Shown one piece after another: positions 53,228 through 62,758 of a DNA stretch of 64,000 nt. The stretch is from sequence record MH595538.1. One strand, given 5' to 3'. The translations under genes were made by a program, and so were the position numbers. Below the pieces are notes generated by a model that did not search any database, was not told the DNA's origin, and saw only the letters and a list, made by a program, of their open reading frames with translations. Position 1 is the stretch's first letter. The number at the start of each line of letters is the position of its first letter.

Positions 53228-56200
53228 TTAAGCTTTTCTTCCGTAAGCAAGACCCCATGCGGCATCTGCCCAAGCCCATACCATACCAGTGTCGTAATAT
53301 GCCCCACCAGATTCATACGTGGTTTTCAGTCCATATCCCTTTGTATGATATTCTAGTGGATCACTCGCAGCCTGTAGCGTATATGGATCTTTAGCAAAGA
53401 AGCATTTCGCTGAGGTGTTACCACGGCGATGCAAGTTACCTATCATCGCACTATACTGCTGATCTGCCATATGGAATGCAACTTCTGGTTTAAATGACAT
53501 CGGAGTAAAGGCCCCTCTGTTTCCGGTAACCAGGTGGTTATTTACGCCATAATGACTAAATCCGAATACCGACTTAAAGGCAATCAAGGTATACTCTTTT
53601 CCAAACACATTGTGGTCAATACCAGTCTGTGACTTAAGGGTAATCTTGTTTTCTGCCCATTCGATGACATCCGCAGTTCCTTGAGATTCATTCTTAGAGC
53701 GATAGACCTGTTGTCCGCCGTTGCCATTCATGATTCGCGTAAAGAACTGTGCTGGCTTAGAGCCGTCATGATGAATGATCATTGCTGCATCAGGGATGCC
53801 GCCAACATCAACATCGAGAACCAACTCTTCTTCTTTAACCGAAGTAAATATATCGGTTTCTTCAGTGAACGTATAGCCGGAGCTGCCGCCAGTGCCAACA
53901 CGATAACTAGGAACAATTAGCGTCTTATCAGGCTCATCATAGAAATCCTCAAAGATAGAGAGTCCGATTAACTGCTTGTTCTTGGTCCGGGTGTATACTA
54001 CATCACTCAACTTATTCTTAACATCGATGTTACGTATAACGTAATCCTTTCCTGCTATTGGCGTGTTAGGAATAAAGGCAATGAACTGCTGCCCATTTGC
54101 TTTAAAGGCCTTTACATATCCGCATCGAGCCGCTGAAAACGCCTGATGGGCAACCAAGGTCTCTGTTGCCGGATCGAACTTATAGATTTCGATGGTATCC
54201 GAATAAGTACTATCGGCCTTAGCTTCCCCTGTCGCTACGACATATATATTGCCTTCGACTTCAAACATGTCCATTGAGTCAATTGCCAAATCGCTGTCCG
54301 TAGTGGCAGCGGCAGTGATTTCATGCGTTGATTCATCCAATGTAAATATTTGAACATGATGATGGTCGACGGATCTTCCAGCGGCTAAATACACCTTATC
54401 GTTATACTCAAACCATACGGATCCTTTAAATGCCTTAGACGTACCGATTGTCTGCGTTGAAACAGAATCGCCGTTAGCATGGTCGATATGCACCAGGTAA
54501 CTATTAAAGACAATAGACCCTGAACCACACCCGAAGAAGAGATAAGAATGGTCTCCTTTACGATAATGCGAAACAGATCCAAGCTGTCCAACGCTGGTTA
54601 TGTGACTTACATGTATGTCGTAACTGTTATTGTAAGCACCAGAAGGTGTCTTCTCAATCTCAATGCCCTGATTACCACTTTGCATATAGCGAGCAATATA
54701 AATATATCCGCCATAGCCAAACATCGTCAATTTACCATAGATGTTTGAAGGACCAGAGTTAAAATCTTGCTGTGCAGTAATTATGCTGAAGCGATTATCC
54801 GGTATTGACCATGTCTTAATGGGAATGACCTTGGTTGCGTTCACATAGTTCTCTGCTTCCGCAATATAAAACGCACCATTATAAGAAAGACTCGCTGATG
54901 CATTGCAGTTAGTTTTACCATCTACCACAATAGGACTGACTGCGATATCCAGGGCATTAGCACGTTCATCATTCTCAGATGTTGTATCAAACACCAGGCC
55001 TTCAGAAACTAACTCTGTCGGTCTCTTGACGCCGAAGAAATGAGCATCGCTGTAAGCACCTTCTAGAGGAATAAGGTCCGTATTCGTCGCCGGGTCTATA
55101 AGGACCTCCTTGGGTCCTAAAGCATCCGTGATGTATTCCATAGTGAACGGCTTAAGGTCTACTTTATGGATGTATGCTTTCGTATCTGTTCCTGAAGAAA
55201 CATCCTGACTCAGGTTATATGTATCTCCCATATATAGATATTGAGAACCATCTTTGCCTTTAAAGAATTCTGTATGTCCAGAGCCTTGGGCAGGTAGAGA
55301 ATAGTCATACTCTATTTCTTCCGTATCCATATTAAGGGTCACAATCCAGTGGGTAGACGTATATGCATTTCGATCCGGATAGTTAGAACCCGGCATTCTT
55401 CCTGCATAACTGATCACCATGCGATTGCCAATCTTGACAGAATCTAAAGCATTGATTGAGATGTTAACTCGGGTGAAGCTGTTTCCATAAACCAGTTCTT
55501 GATGGATCAATTCTGGGGTTACTGTTCCAGAGACATGCATTTTATATATTCTCAGACTGCCCATTCGTCGATCAGCATTCGAATCTACATTACAGTGTAT
55601 GGCAAAGAAGATATGGCTTCCGTATCTAACAACAGTGGCCGCGTTAGCATACGGAGCTTGGACTGTTTGCAGGCCGGTTACGTCCAGGCCAGTGTCATTG
55701 TCTCCTCTGCCGCTGAAACGAGCAATAAATACATCTCTCGGATCAGTTGCATCTGCTCCAGTAGGAGCGTTACGATCAGGTTCTCTTGGGAATACGCCGA
55801 TGAACTCCTGAGAGTAAGTCGTATCCTCGATCTCAACAAACGCAGCATGACCTAGTTTATCGTCGCTGCTTGTACGGTCATCGACGATGTTTGTCAGTGT
55901 CTGGTTAACCGGGTCCCAGTAATCTACCATAATGTTACCTACGATAAAATCACGATAAGCCTGACCAGACCAGAAAATCCAAAATCCCCCGGCCTTAGAT
56001 CTAAATGCTGTTGACCCCATGTATCCATAGTCTGTCGCTCCTGTATGGACATTGTTCAACGCCCCTGTAGACATATCATAACGCCAAATGCCTCTGGGTT
56101 GCTGTGCATCCAAACTAGCCGCAGGAATAGCCAAGTCTACATAAGACTCTCCGTCTACTTGCATGGCAGAGACATCACCGATCGTCCTATAGTTCATCGT

Positions 56201-59200
56201 AGTCAACTGTGTAATTTGCTTGTTATCTTCCTCTAACTCGAACAGTCTTGAATCAGGAGCGGGGTCTGTAGAACCTGATTGCAAGCTCTCCGCTACCATG
56301 AACTGTATTGCACCAGTTTGATAATGGGACCAACTAGCAAAGCCACTACAGCCTTCAGCTTGAAATACGTTAACCAATTCAAACTGAGGAGAACCTGGAC
56401 TGAGATCAAACACGACCGATTTGTGACGGTATTTTACAAGCAGTCGGTCCTTACCTAGTCGTCTAAACGGAATTGCCCCTCCAGGCACTGGATCCCCATA
56501 GCGGTTGATAAACTCATCAAGAGCAAAGGGAGCTTCGAAAATACCTTCGTGGGTCGGTACAGTAATCTGGAATTTACCCATGTCTTGACCGGGACCGTCT
56601 CCTTCCGTGCTGTCGGTATTTAGATCCCCGTATATCAAAACATAGTCTTTAGAATCATTCGCCAATTGAAAGCTTCTCAAAGACTGAACCACATGTTTAT
56701 AATGAGTAACGGGATACAAGAACTCCTTGTCTGTGAAACTCTCTTGGAGCACATACGTGACGTTATACTCGTTTTCAGTAGGTGCTGGAAGAGCATTCTC
56801 GTTATATCCATGATGACAAATTACCAGAGTGGTAACAGCCCCGCGCTTGAAACTATTCACATAGACATTCTTGCCTTTAGGAACAACGCCCATGAAGCCA
56901 TAAAGTTCTTTGTTCTTAATGATAGAACCAGAGTTAGAAGCAATGCGATACTCGTTTAGGTATTGCTGATAAGTACCTGTGGCGCTACCTAGATGACCTG
57001 TGACCAGATAATCTTCATTAAAGGAATCTACGAGATGGATCGTACCGTCGAAATGATCGTCTACTACACTGAGGGCTTCGTTAGTGAAGGTACCCGTAGT
57101 AGAGAACGTATATGTCGATATACGATAATCGCCGATGACGCCGCCCATGATAAGAATCTCGCCGTCTCTAGCGATCGCAGAACAGCGGAAGTCTTTGGGA
57201 ACTTCCTCAGTAGAAGTAGCAATCAGATCGACATTGCCGTTGGCAGGATTATTCTTATACAGGCTAAAGTGCTTATGGACATGAACGATGTATTCATCTC
57301 CGTAAAGCGTCATTGTAAATACCTGGTCTAAATATTCCTGTTCTGCCTCACCAGTACCATAAGCGTAATTATCAGTGATGTCATAAGACGTCGTTAGCTT
57401 CCTTGAGCCTACGTAACGGTTAACGTCGATGCCGGAACACTCAGATTGCTTAAGTGCGAGAAACACATCTCGATGACTACTGGTATTGAAACCATCATCT
57501 CGAACAGAGTTGGTAAAACGCAAACCATTTTCCGTCCATTCGAACATAGTGTCAGCGGAAGAGTCATAAACTAACCATCCGTCTTCATCGAAGTCTGCTT
57601 TGAGATCATAGAGCGTGTCATCGCCCCATTGGCGAAGCATCAAGCGCATACCGTTCCATTTTGTGGAACCTGCAAAGACGATATCCGGAGAAAACCCAAA
57701 ATCTATCTCAGCGCCATTAACTCCGTTGTTGATCTGGTTCTTAACCGCGACATAATCAGAAGGACGCAATACATTATAGAAATCTATGAGGTCAGACGCC
57801 ATGAATGTATTTGCATCGCTAGGAGCATGCACAAATGGCTTATGTCCAAAGTTCCAATCCAGGATTTGATCATAATCGCTGGCACCTAATCCCAATGTCA
57901 CACATAGAGTCAAATCCCCCACTGCTTCCGATAAAGGAAGATTAACGGCAGTAGTGTCCAAGCTGCCATTAATTGATAGCGACCATGTATTAGCATCATA
58001 GTCAAAAAGGAATCCCAGGTAATATCCATTTCTATAATGTCCGGTATTTGAACCACCTGTTGCGTTACGAGTCAAGTTAACGCGAGACTGCTGACGACTA
58101 TCTAAGAAAGAAATAATTGGATATATAGACCCTGTTACGTTGGTTGTGATGTCGGTAGTGAACTTAGCCTCAAAATAATAGCGTCCTTTACTGCGATTAT
58201 TAGGAGCAGGAATCTTACAATCCAGAGTATAATATTGAACCCCAGGATCGCCGATTACTCGGACTAATTTACGGCCTCCTCTGCGCATTCTCGTCTTGGC
58301 GACCGTCTGGTTAGTATCTCCATTAGGCTCATGTACCTTTTCGGCAATAAAACGAGGGGCGATATTCAAAGGCGACATATACATGAGGACTTCGTCGTCG
58401 TCATGGTTAGAAGCCCAGTTGTTGATAGTGAAATTATCGGCGTTGTTAGCCCAGTTAACCCCAAAGGTATCGGCCCCTTCATTGTTACGTCCCGCTATGA
58501 CAAAGCTAGGTCCTGTAAAACCAGAGTAATCAGGAATTTGCAAGATATACTGGTCATTGAGCGTATCCCAGAATCCGAAGTGTAGAACATCATCGATAGC
58601 TTGGTCATGAATACAAATAGCACCATACATAGTGCCGTCAAACGACAATGCACTTGATCCTCCGTTGTATCCGATGTAAGAATATTTACCTTGTCCAAAA
58701 AGGGCTCTTGCTTCTTTGGCAGCTATCGAGCCTGGGTCCACTGATGTGTCACTCACATATTCTGTTTGGAAGCCGTTGATATATACTTTGATCGCTCGCT
58801 CAGACGTAGCCTCGTCCATGTCTATAACTACTTGAAGGTTAGTGACCGCGCCGGCATCACCAACACCCTCTGATCTAAAAAAGTGTCGATACAGCTTGGT
58901 GTCAGATCCTTCTTTAAAAGCACAGACTTCGATGAGGAGACTGTCGGTATCGTAATCGTTTCGAATATATACACCTTCAGCCAAAGATCCTTCAGCAGAA
59001 CCGGATCTTTCTCCTGCGAGCAATGGCATTGAAGCACGAGTGTCTGTAGGATTCAATTCGAAACAGAACCAATATGTTCTTTGGTTATTGATTTGTGTTG
59101 CTGTGTTATTGCGATAGAGGAAATAGACGGTATCGCGAATGTTGATTCCGTGAGTTATCTGATAACCTTTTTTAAGAGCGTGAGTAGTAGGGACCGTACG

Positions 59201-59254
59201 GCCCCCACAGCGTTCCTCTTTACCGCCCGGATTGGTTCTGATAAAAGGATACAT
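53228..59254 (-). CDS. Giant tail fibre/receptor-binding protein: LamG-like, SPRY, split marine-phage fibre domain, and beta-propeller insertion
   Basis: VVIDMDE...IKVYING..YIG..FDG (LamG); YYFEAKF..GFLFD..DWNFGHKPF (SPRY); GFSPDIV..GIDVNRYVG / GGIPDAAMI..FKPEVAF; EPTP-like blades in between. Confidence 0.8.
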   Translation of the reverse strand: MYPFIRTNPGGKEERCGGRTVPTTHALKKGYQITHGINIRDTVYFLYRNNTATQINNQRTYWFCFELNPTDTRASMPLLAGERSGSAEGSLAEGVYIRNDYDTDSLLIEVCAFKEGSDTKLYRHFFRSEGVGDAGAVTNLQVVIDMDEATSERAIKVYINGFQTEYVSDTSVDPGSIAAKEARALFGQGKYSYIGYNGGSSALSFDGTMYGAICIHDQAIDDVLHFGFWDTLNDQYILQIPDYSGFTGPSFVIAGRNNEGADTFGVNWANNADNFTINNWASNHDDDEVLMYMSPLNIAPRFIAEKVHEPNGDTNQTVAKTRMRRGGRKLVRVIGDPGVQYYTLDCKIPAPNNRSKGRYYFEAKFTTDITTNVTGSIYPIISFLDSRQQSRVNLTRNATGGSNTGHYRNGYYLGFLFDYDANTWSLSINGSLDTTAVNLPLSEAVGDLTLCVTLGLGASDYDQILDWNFGHKPFVHAPSDANTFMASDLIDFYNVLRPSDYVAVKNQINNGVNGAEIDFGFSPDIVFAGSTKWNGMRLMLRQWGDDTLYDLKADFDEDGWLVYDSSADTMFEWTENGLRFTNSVRDDGFNTSSHRDVFLALKQSECSGIDVNRYVGSRKLTTSYDITDNYAYGTGEAEQEYLDQVFTMTLYGDEYIVHVHKHFSLYKNNPANGNVDLIATSTEEVPKDFRCSAIARDGEILIMGGVIGDYRISTYTFSTTGTFTNEALSVVDDHFDGTIHLVDSFNEDYLVTGHLGSATGTYQQYLNEYRIASNSGSIIKNKELYGFMGVVPKGKNVYVNSFKRGAVTTLVICHHGYNENALPAPTENEYNVTYVLQESFTDKEFLYPVTHYKHVVQSLRSFQLANDSKDYVLIYGDLNTDSTEGDGPGQDMGKFQITVPTHEGIFEAPFALDEFINRYGDPVPGGAIPFRRLGKDRLLVKYRHKSVVFDLSPGSPQFELVNVFQAEGCSGFASWSHYQTGAIQFMVAESLQSGSTDPAPDSRLFELEEDNKQITQLTTMNYRTIGDVSAMQVDGESYVDLAIPAASLDAQQPRGIWRYDMSTGALNNVHTGATDYGYMGSTAFRSKAGGFWIFWSGQAYRDFIVGNIMVDYWDPVNQTLTNIVDDRTSSDDKLGHAAFVEIEDTTYSQEFIGVFPREPDRNAPTGADATDPRDVFIARFSGRGDNDTGLDVTGLQTVQAPYANAATVVRYGSHIFFAIHCNVDSNADRRMGSLRIYKMHVSGTVTPELIHQELVYGNSFTRVNISINALDSVKIGNRMVISYAGRMPGSNYPDRNAYTSTHWIVTLNMDTEEIEYDYSLPAQGSGHTEFFKGKDGSQYLYMGDTYNLSQDVSSGTDTKAYIHKVDLKPFTMEYITDALGPKEVLIDPATNTDLIPLEGAYSDAHFFGVKRPTELVSEGLVFDTTSENDERANALDIAVSPIVVDGKTNCNASASLSYNGAFYIAEAENYVNATKVIPIKTWSIPDNRFSIITAQQDFNSGPSNIYGKLTMFGYGGYIYIARYMQSGNQGIEIEKTPSGAYNNSYDIHVSHITSVGQLGSVSHYRKGDHSYLFFGCGSGSIVFNSYLVHIDHANGDSVSTQTIGTSKAFKGSVWFEYNDKVYLAAGRSVDHHHVQIFTLDESTHEITAAATTDSDLAIDSMDMFEVEGNIYVVATGEAKADSTYSDTIEIYKFDPATETLVAHQAFSAARCGYVKAFKANGQQFIAFIPNTPIAGKDYVIRNIDVKNKLSDVVYTRTKNKQLIGLSIFEDFYDEPDKTLIVPSYRVGTGGSSGYTFTEETDIFTSVKEEELVLDVDVGGIPDAAMIIHHDGSKPAQFFTRIMNGNGGQQVYRSKNESQGTADVIEWAENKITLKSQTGIDHNVFGKEYTLIAFKSVFGFSHYGVNNHLVTGNRGAFTPMSFKPEVAFHMADQQYSAMIGNLHRRGNTSAKCFFAKDPYTLQAASDPLEYHTKGYGLKTTYESGGAYYDTGMVWAWADAAWGLAYGRKA

Positions 59255-59272
59255 ATCCTCTCCTTTATAAAT

Positions 59273-60739
59273 CTAGTTATAGGCTGTGATACTGTAGTAG
59301 GTTTTACCATTAAGTATCAGGCCCTGCACAACGGTTGTTCCATTGGGAGAACTATTTACTTCTCCGCTGCCCTCTGCAAGTAGCCATCCTGCCGGGAACG
59401 TAATTGAATGCCCGCCAGTGCTATCTTGTATGAATACCACATAGAAAGTGACGGCTTGGTCTTCTTGAACAAGAGGGTCCAGGAGATTAACATTGCCCGT
59501 CATGATAAACTCATGGGACTTTACATCTCCAGTAAAGTCTGGAGTCACATTACCTGAGCCGGTATCTAGGTATTGACTTACATGCCCCCACATTCTACTT
59601 TCAGCACTGAATACCCAGCCTGGATTATCAGCGCCAGACCATGTGATAAGAACCGCCATGCCTCTGCGTCTAAGTACATAAGTACCCACGTTCTTACCAT
59701 CGAAGTAATGAGCGGAATCTCCACGGATCAGCGTTAATGGCTTGCTGTCAAAAGTATGGGCTTTATCAATAATCCAAATACTATCGCCTACTTTAGGGTT
59801 AGACGGCAGAGTAGCGGAAGACTGAGCAGCAGATGTATCGATCATATACGAGTTGCCGGCTTTCAGTACATTGCCGCTGCCGTTAAGATCGACTTCTGAC
59901 CAGTTATCAAGTGCACTGCCTGGGTCCGAACCGACGTTACCGCCTGTGATGACCCAATCAACTCGAGAGGTTACAATCGCAGTAAGTTCAATAGCACTTC
60001 CGTTCTTTATAAGATCGACGTCGGCATTCTTAAGATTAATCGTGGAGCCGCCATTGGCGATCTTAATAGGTTTACTATCTAGATTACCGGCATAATCCGC
60101 GAAGAAAATTTTCTGTCCTGTTCTGACTCCATTAACATCACTAGGTAGATTAATTGTCATGTTATCGGTAGTGACGCTGGATGTATCGCAGAAATAGAAC
60201 GTATCTATCGTTACATTGTGCGTATTACCGGTAAGGAATGCCCAGCGATTATACTGTCCTCTTGCTGTAGCAATGCCATTGATATCGACCCATCCTACGT
60301 CATCGAACCAGATGAACTCAGCAGCAGATCCTGATTTAGAAAGCAGGATATCATTAGCATACCCGTTAATATTGTCAGGAGACGTAACCGTACAGCGATT
60401 GGAATGCCATGCGCCATGTGCGTCAAAGATGATGATTCTGTCACCATTGGCATGGATGTTAGGCAGAGTGACAGTGATTCCCCCTGAGCGGGTATCGACC
60501 GGATATATCTTACCTGTTTCTGCTGTAAAGCCAGTCGCCTGCATCCCTGCAATTGTTAGGCCTGACCGGCCGATTTGAACCCAACTGCCGTCAATAAAGA
60601 AGTCAACAGTGTTTGTCTGATTATTAGAAAACGCTTGACCGTTCTTAGGGCTAGATGGTCTGTCTGAAGTATTCCCTGATGGTATCTGAAGATCGTTTCC
60701 TTCGATAATCAGTCCAGGAACGCGATTTGATTCAGTCAT
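59273..60739 (-). CDS. Tail-fibre protein with three T4 gp34 N-terminal-like repeats
   Basis: Three repeats of Y..DT....T..LP....GD.I...D..G......I; N-terminal PSGNTSDRP..P..G..F.N. Confidence 0.75.
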   Translation of the reverse strand: MTESNRVPGLIIEGNDLQIPSGNTSDRPSSPKNGQAFSNNQTNTVDFFIDGSWVQIGRSGLTIAGMQATGFTAETGKIYPVDTRSGGITVTLPNIHANGDRIIIFDAHGAWHSNRCTVTSPDNINGYANDILLSKSGSAAEFIWFDDVGWVDINGIATARGQYNRWAFLTGNTHNVTIDTFYFCDTSSVTTDNMTINLPSDVNGVRTGQKIFFADYAGNLDSKPIKIANGGSTINLKNADVDLIKNGSAIELTAIVTSRVDWVITGGNVGSDPGSALDNWSEVDLNGSGNVLKAGNSYMIDTSAAQSSATLPSNPKVGDSIWIIDKAHTFDSKPLTLIRGDSAHYFDGKNVGTYVLRRRGMAVLITWSGADNPGWVFSAESRMWGHVSQYLDTGSGNVTPDFTGDVKSHEFIMTGNVNLLDPLVQEDQAVTFYVVFIQDSTGGHSITFPAGWLLAEGSGEVNSSPNGTTVVQGLILNGKTYYSITAYN

Positions 60740-60752
60740 TATTTAGTCCTTT

Positions 60753-61670
60753 TTAAAATTGCGACAGTAGCTTAAATTTAACCGTTCCTGCAAGAGGCGA
60801 ATAAACGCGCATGCGAAGGTTAGGTCCAGAGATATCCCCAGACACGACAATGTCTTCCGAGTCATCTGTAGAGGCGTAAGGCCCTGTGCTTATCTTGATG
60901 ATACCATTAATGTAACTCAAGAGAATCATTTTTGTTTCTTGACGCAAGCCATCATCAGATACAAAACTCATCACGCCTGATATGGAATTGGTTGACGCAA
61001 AAGGCGCATCCATTAAAGTAGTAATGCTGGTTGCCGGCAGGACAATGCTATAAGTTGGTTCTGCAACCATCGCTCTGAATTCGGCAAGAGTTGGAATGGC
61101 ATTGACGGCTACCTCTAATTGAGATACCAGCGGACCCAGATTGATGCTGGCGCTATAAGGATCAGCGATGGCCTCCTTAATCCCAGTGCACTGATCCACT
61201 AAGATTTCTAGCATACTAGAGGAAGCAAGCGCTGGGTTTCTTGTGATTGCACCCCAGTTAACCGCATCACCTTTAAGTCGCATCCATTCAAAGATTTTCG
61301 TGCGATCTAGTCCTGATTCAACAATCTCGGCTAGTAATTTGGAGTCTTCATACTTACCAAGTACATGATATGAGTAGCGTACTTGCTGAGGGTTAGAACT
61401 TGGCGTTAAGATAAAGAAGGTTGTGATTTCTTGGCCTGTGGCTGCCGAAGCGCCCATGTAGCTAGGGCCAAATAAATAATCGGTGCCTGGATTCAACTCA
61501 GTCCAAGTTGCACCGTCGAATCCTTCGACAGTAAGGCTGTCTAGAAAGAATGGACCATGCTGGGGAAAGACGGAGATGTCCACGGCTTTATTGATCGTTA
61601 TAACTTCACCGGTAATTTGGTTGGCGGCAAGTTCTCGTTTAGGATCGTAATCGTAATCAATAGCTGGCAT
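60753..61670 (-). CDS. phiKZ-like virion structural protein (paralog)
   Basis: YDYDP...ANQITGE, GPFF, YHVLG. Confidence 0.72.
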   Translation of the reverse strand: MPAIDYDYDPKRELAANQITGEVITINKAVDISVFPQHGPFFLDSLTVEGFDGATWTELNPGTDYLFGPSYMGASAATGQEITTFFILTPSSNPQQVRYSYHVLGKYEDSKLLAEIVESGLDRTKIFEWMRLKGDAVNWGAITRNPALASSSMLEILVDQCTGIKEAIADPYSASINLGPLVSQLEVAVNAIPTLAEFRAMVAEPTYSIVLPATSITTLMDAPFASTNSISGVMSFVSDDGLRQETKMILLSYINGIIKISTGPYASTDDSEDIVVSGDISGPNLRMRVYSPLAGTVKFKLLSQF

Positions 61671-61680
61671 TGTTTTTCTC

Positions 61681-62664
61681 CTACAAGCCTATTCTTAGAC
61701 ATTGCAAAATTGTTGGTGTTTTGTAACGAGAGAGGTAGAAGTTCGACGAGTTACCTGAGAGTACTCGTGCTTGAAGCTTGACTACCTGTCCCTGAGCTAG
61801 TGCTCTGGCGCTGTTGTTCTTATAGCCGTCGTCTATTTCGACATCATCGACCATAAAACGCCATTGTGTTTTTAGGTCTTCGTCAATGACTGTTGACGGA
61901 TGAGACCACGAAGTCAGATAAGTTCCGTTAGAAGGAATGACGACAGACAGGCCTGTATCAAACCAAGTGCCGGCAACTTGTGCGCCGAGATCCGAATCAT
62001 CTTTACCGCTATCAGTACGAACAACAGGTAAAGTTACTGCGGTGTCGCGAGCTTGTATCGATGCTTTGATATCATTGAGTACGGTAAGAAGAGGGGTAAT
62101 GAAAACCGTATTAAGGTCAGTGACGTCATCCAGAGTAAAGCTGTTATTAGGATCAACCACGCCTTCTTCAATCTGGTTCATTACATCCAGGAACTGCTGG
62201 ACACCAAGAATATCCGTTACGGGCTGTGTATGCGCAGTTACCGGGAATTCAGGAGGAACGCCCACTAAGTCTGCCCAGTCCGCAGTTCTCAATGCAGCTA
62301 GCGTAGCCATGCCGTTTGCAATTACCTGTGTAAGGTTAGTAACAAAGTCTCCGCCTAGTGTCTGATACTCTATCTTAAACGTACCAGTGCGGTTAGCGTC
62401 TAAAAGAGTAATAGAGCCATAGACCTTACGAGCTAAGGCATCATCACCTGCTGAGAAATGGTGCGTACATTCAAATTCATCATCTTCTAAAAACTCGCCA
62501 GTAGCGGTATCGATGATAGAAATAGATTCTTTAAAGAACGGAGCATTTTTAGGAACAATATAGTTATGGTCGCTACCGTTAATTGTATTGATCACGTGTT
62601 CTTCATTCGTGATCTTGTTTGCCGGGTTAAACCCCGTTTGATCAAACGGATATAAGGTTGACAT
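61681..62664 (-). CDS. phiKZ-like virion structural protein (paralog)
   Basis: YPFDQTG..PANKITNEEH, APFF, YQTLGG, FPVTAHTQ. Confidence 0.75.
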   Translation of the reverse strand: MSTLYPFDQTGFNPANKITNEEHVINTINGSDHNYIVPKNAPFFKESISIIDTATGEFLEDDEFECTHHFSAGDDALARKVYGSITLLDANRTGTFKIEYQTLGGDFVTNLTQVIANGMATLAALRTADWADLVGVPPEFPVTAHTQPVTDILGVQQFLDVMNQIEEGVVDPNNSFTLDDVTDLNTVFITPLLTVLNDIKASIQARDTAVTLPVVRTDSGKDDSDLGAQVAGTWFDTGLSVVIPSNGTYLTSWSHPSTVIDEDLKTQWRFMVDDVEIDDGYKNNSARALAQGQVVKLQARVLSGNSSNFYLSRYKTPTILQCLRIGL

Positions 62665-62758
62665 TTTCAGTTCCTTATTTAAGGTTAAAAATTAGAGTAC
62701 TCAATGGATTTGCTGAGGTTAATCAAGTAGCACATGCTTCCTGACTAAAGGTTTTATC

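Noticed and set aside
61937-62365. 142-aa antisense ORF (and similar ones at 16373, 16791, 27286, 47261, 55499, 56993, 60216)
   Set aside because: Typical antisense shadows of long genes; no RBS or recognisable motifs
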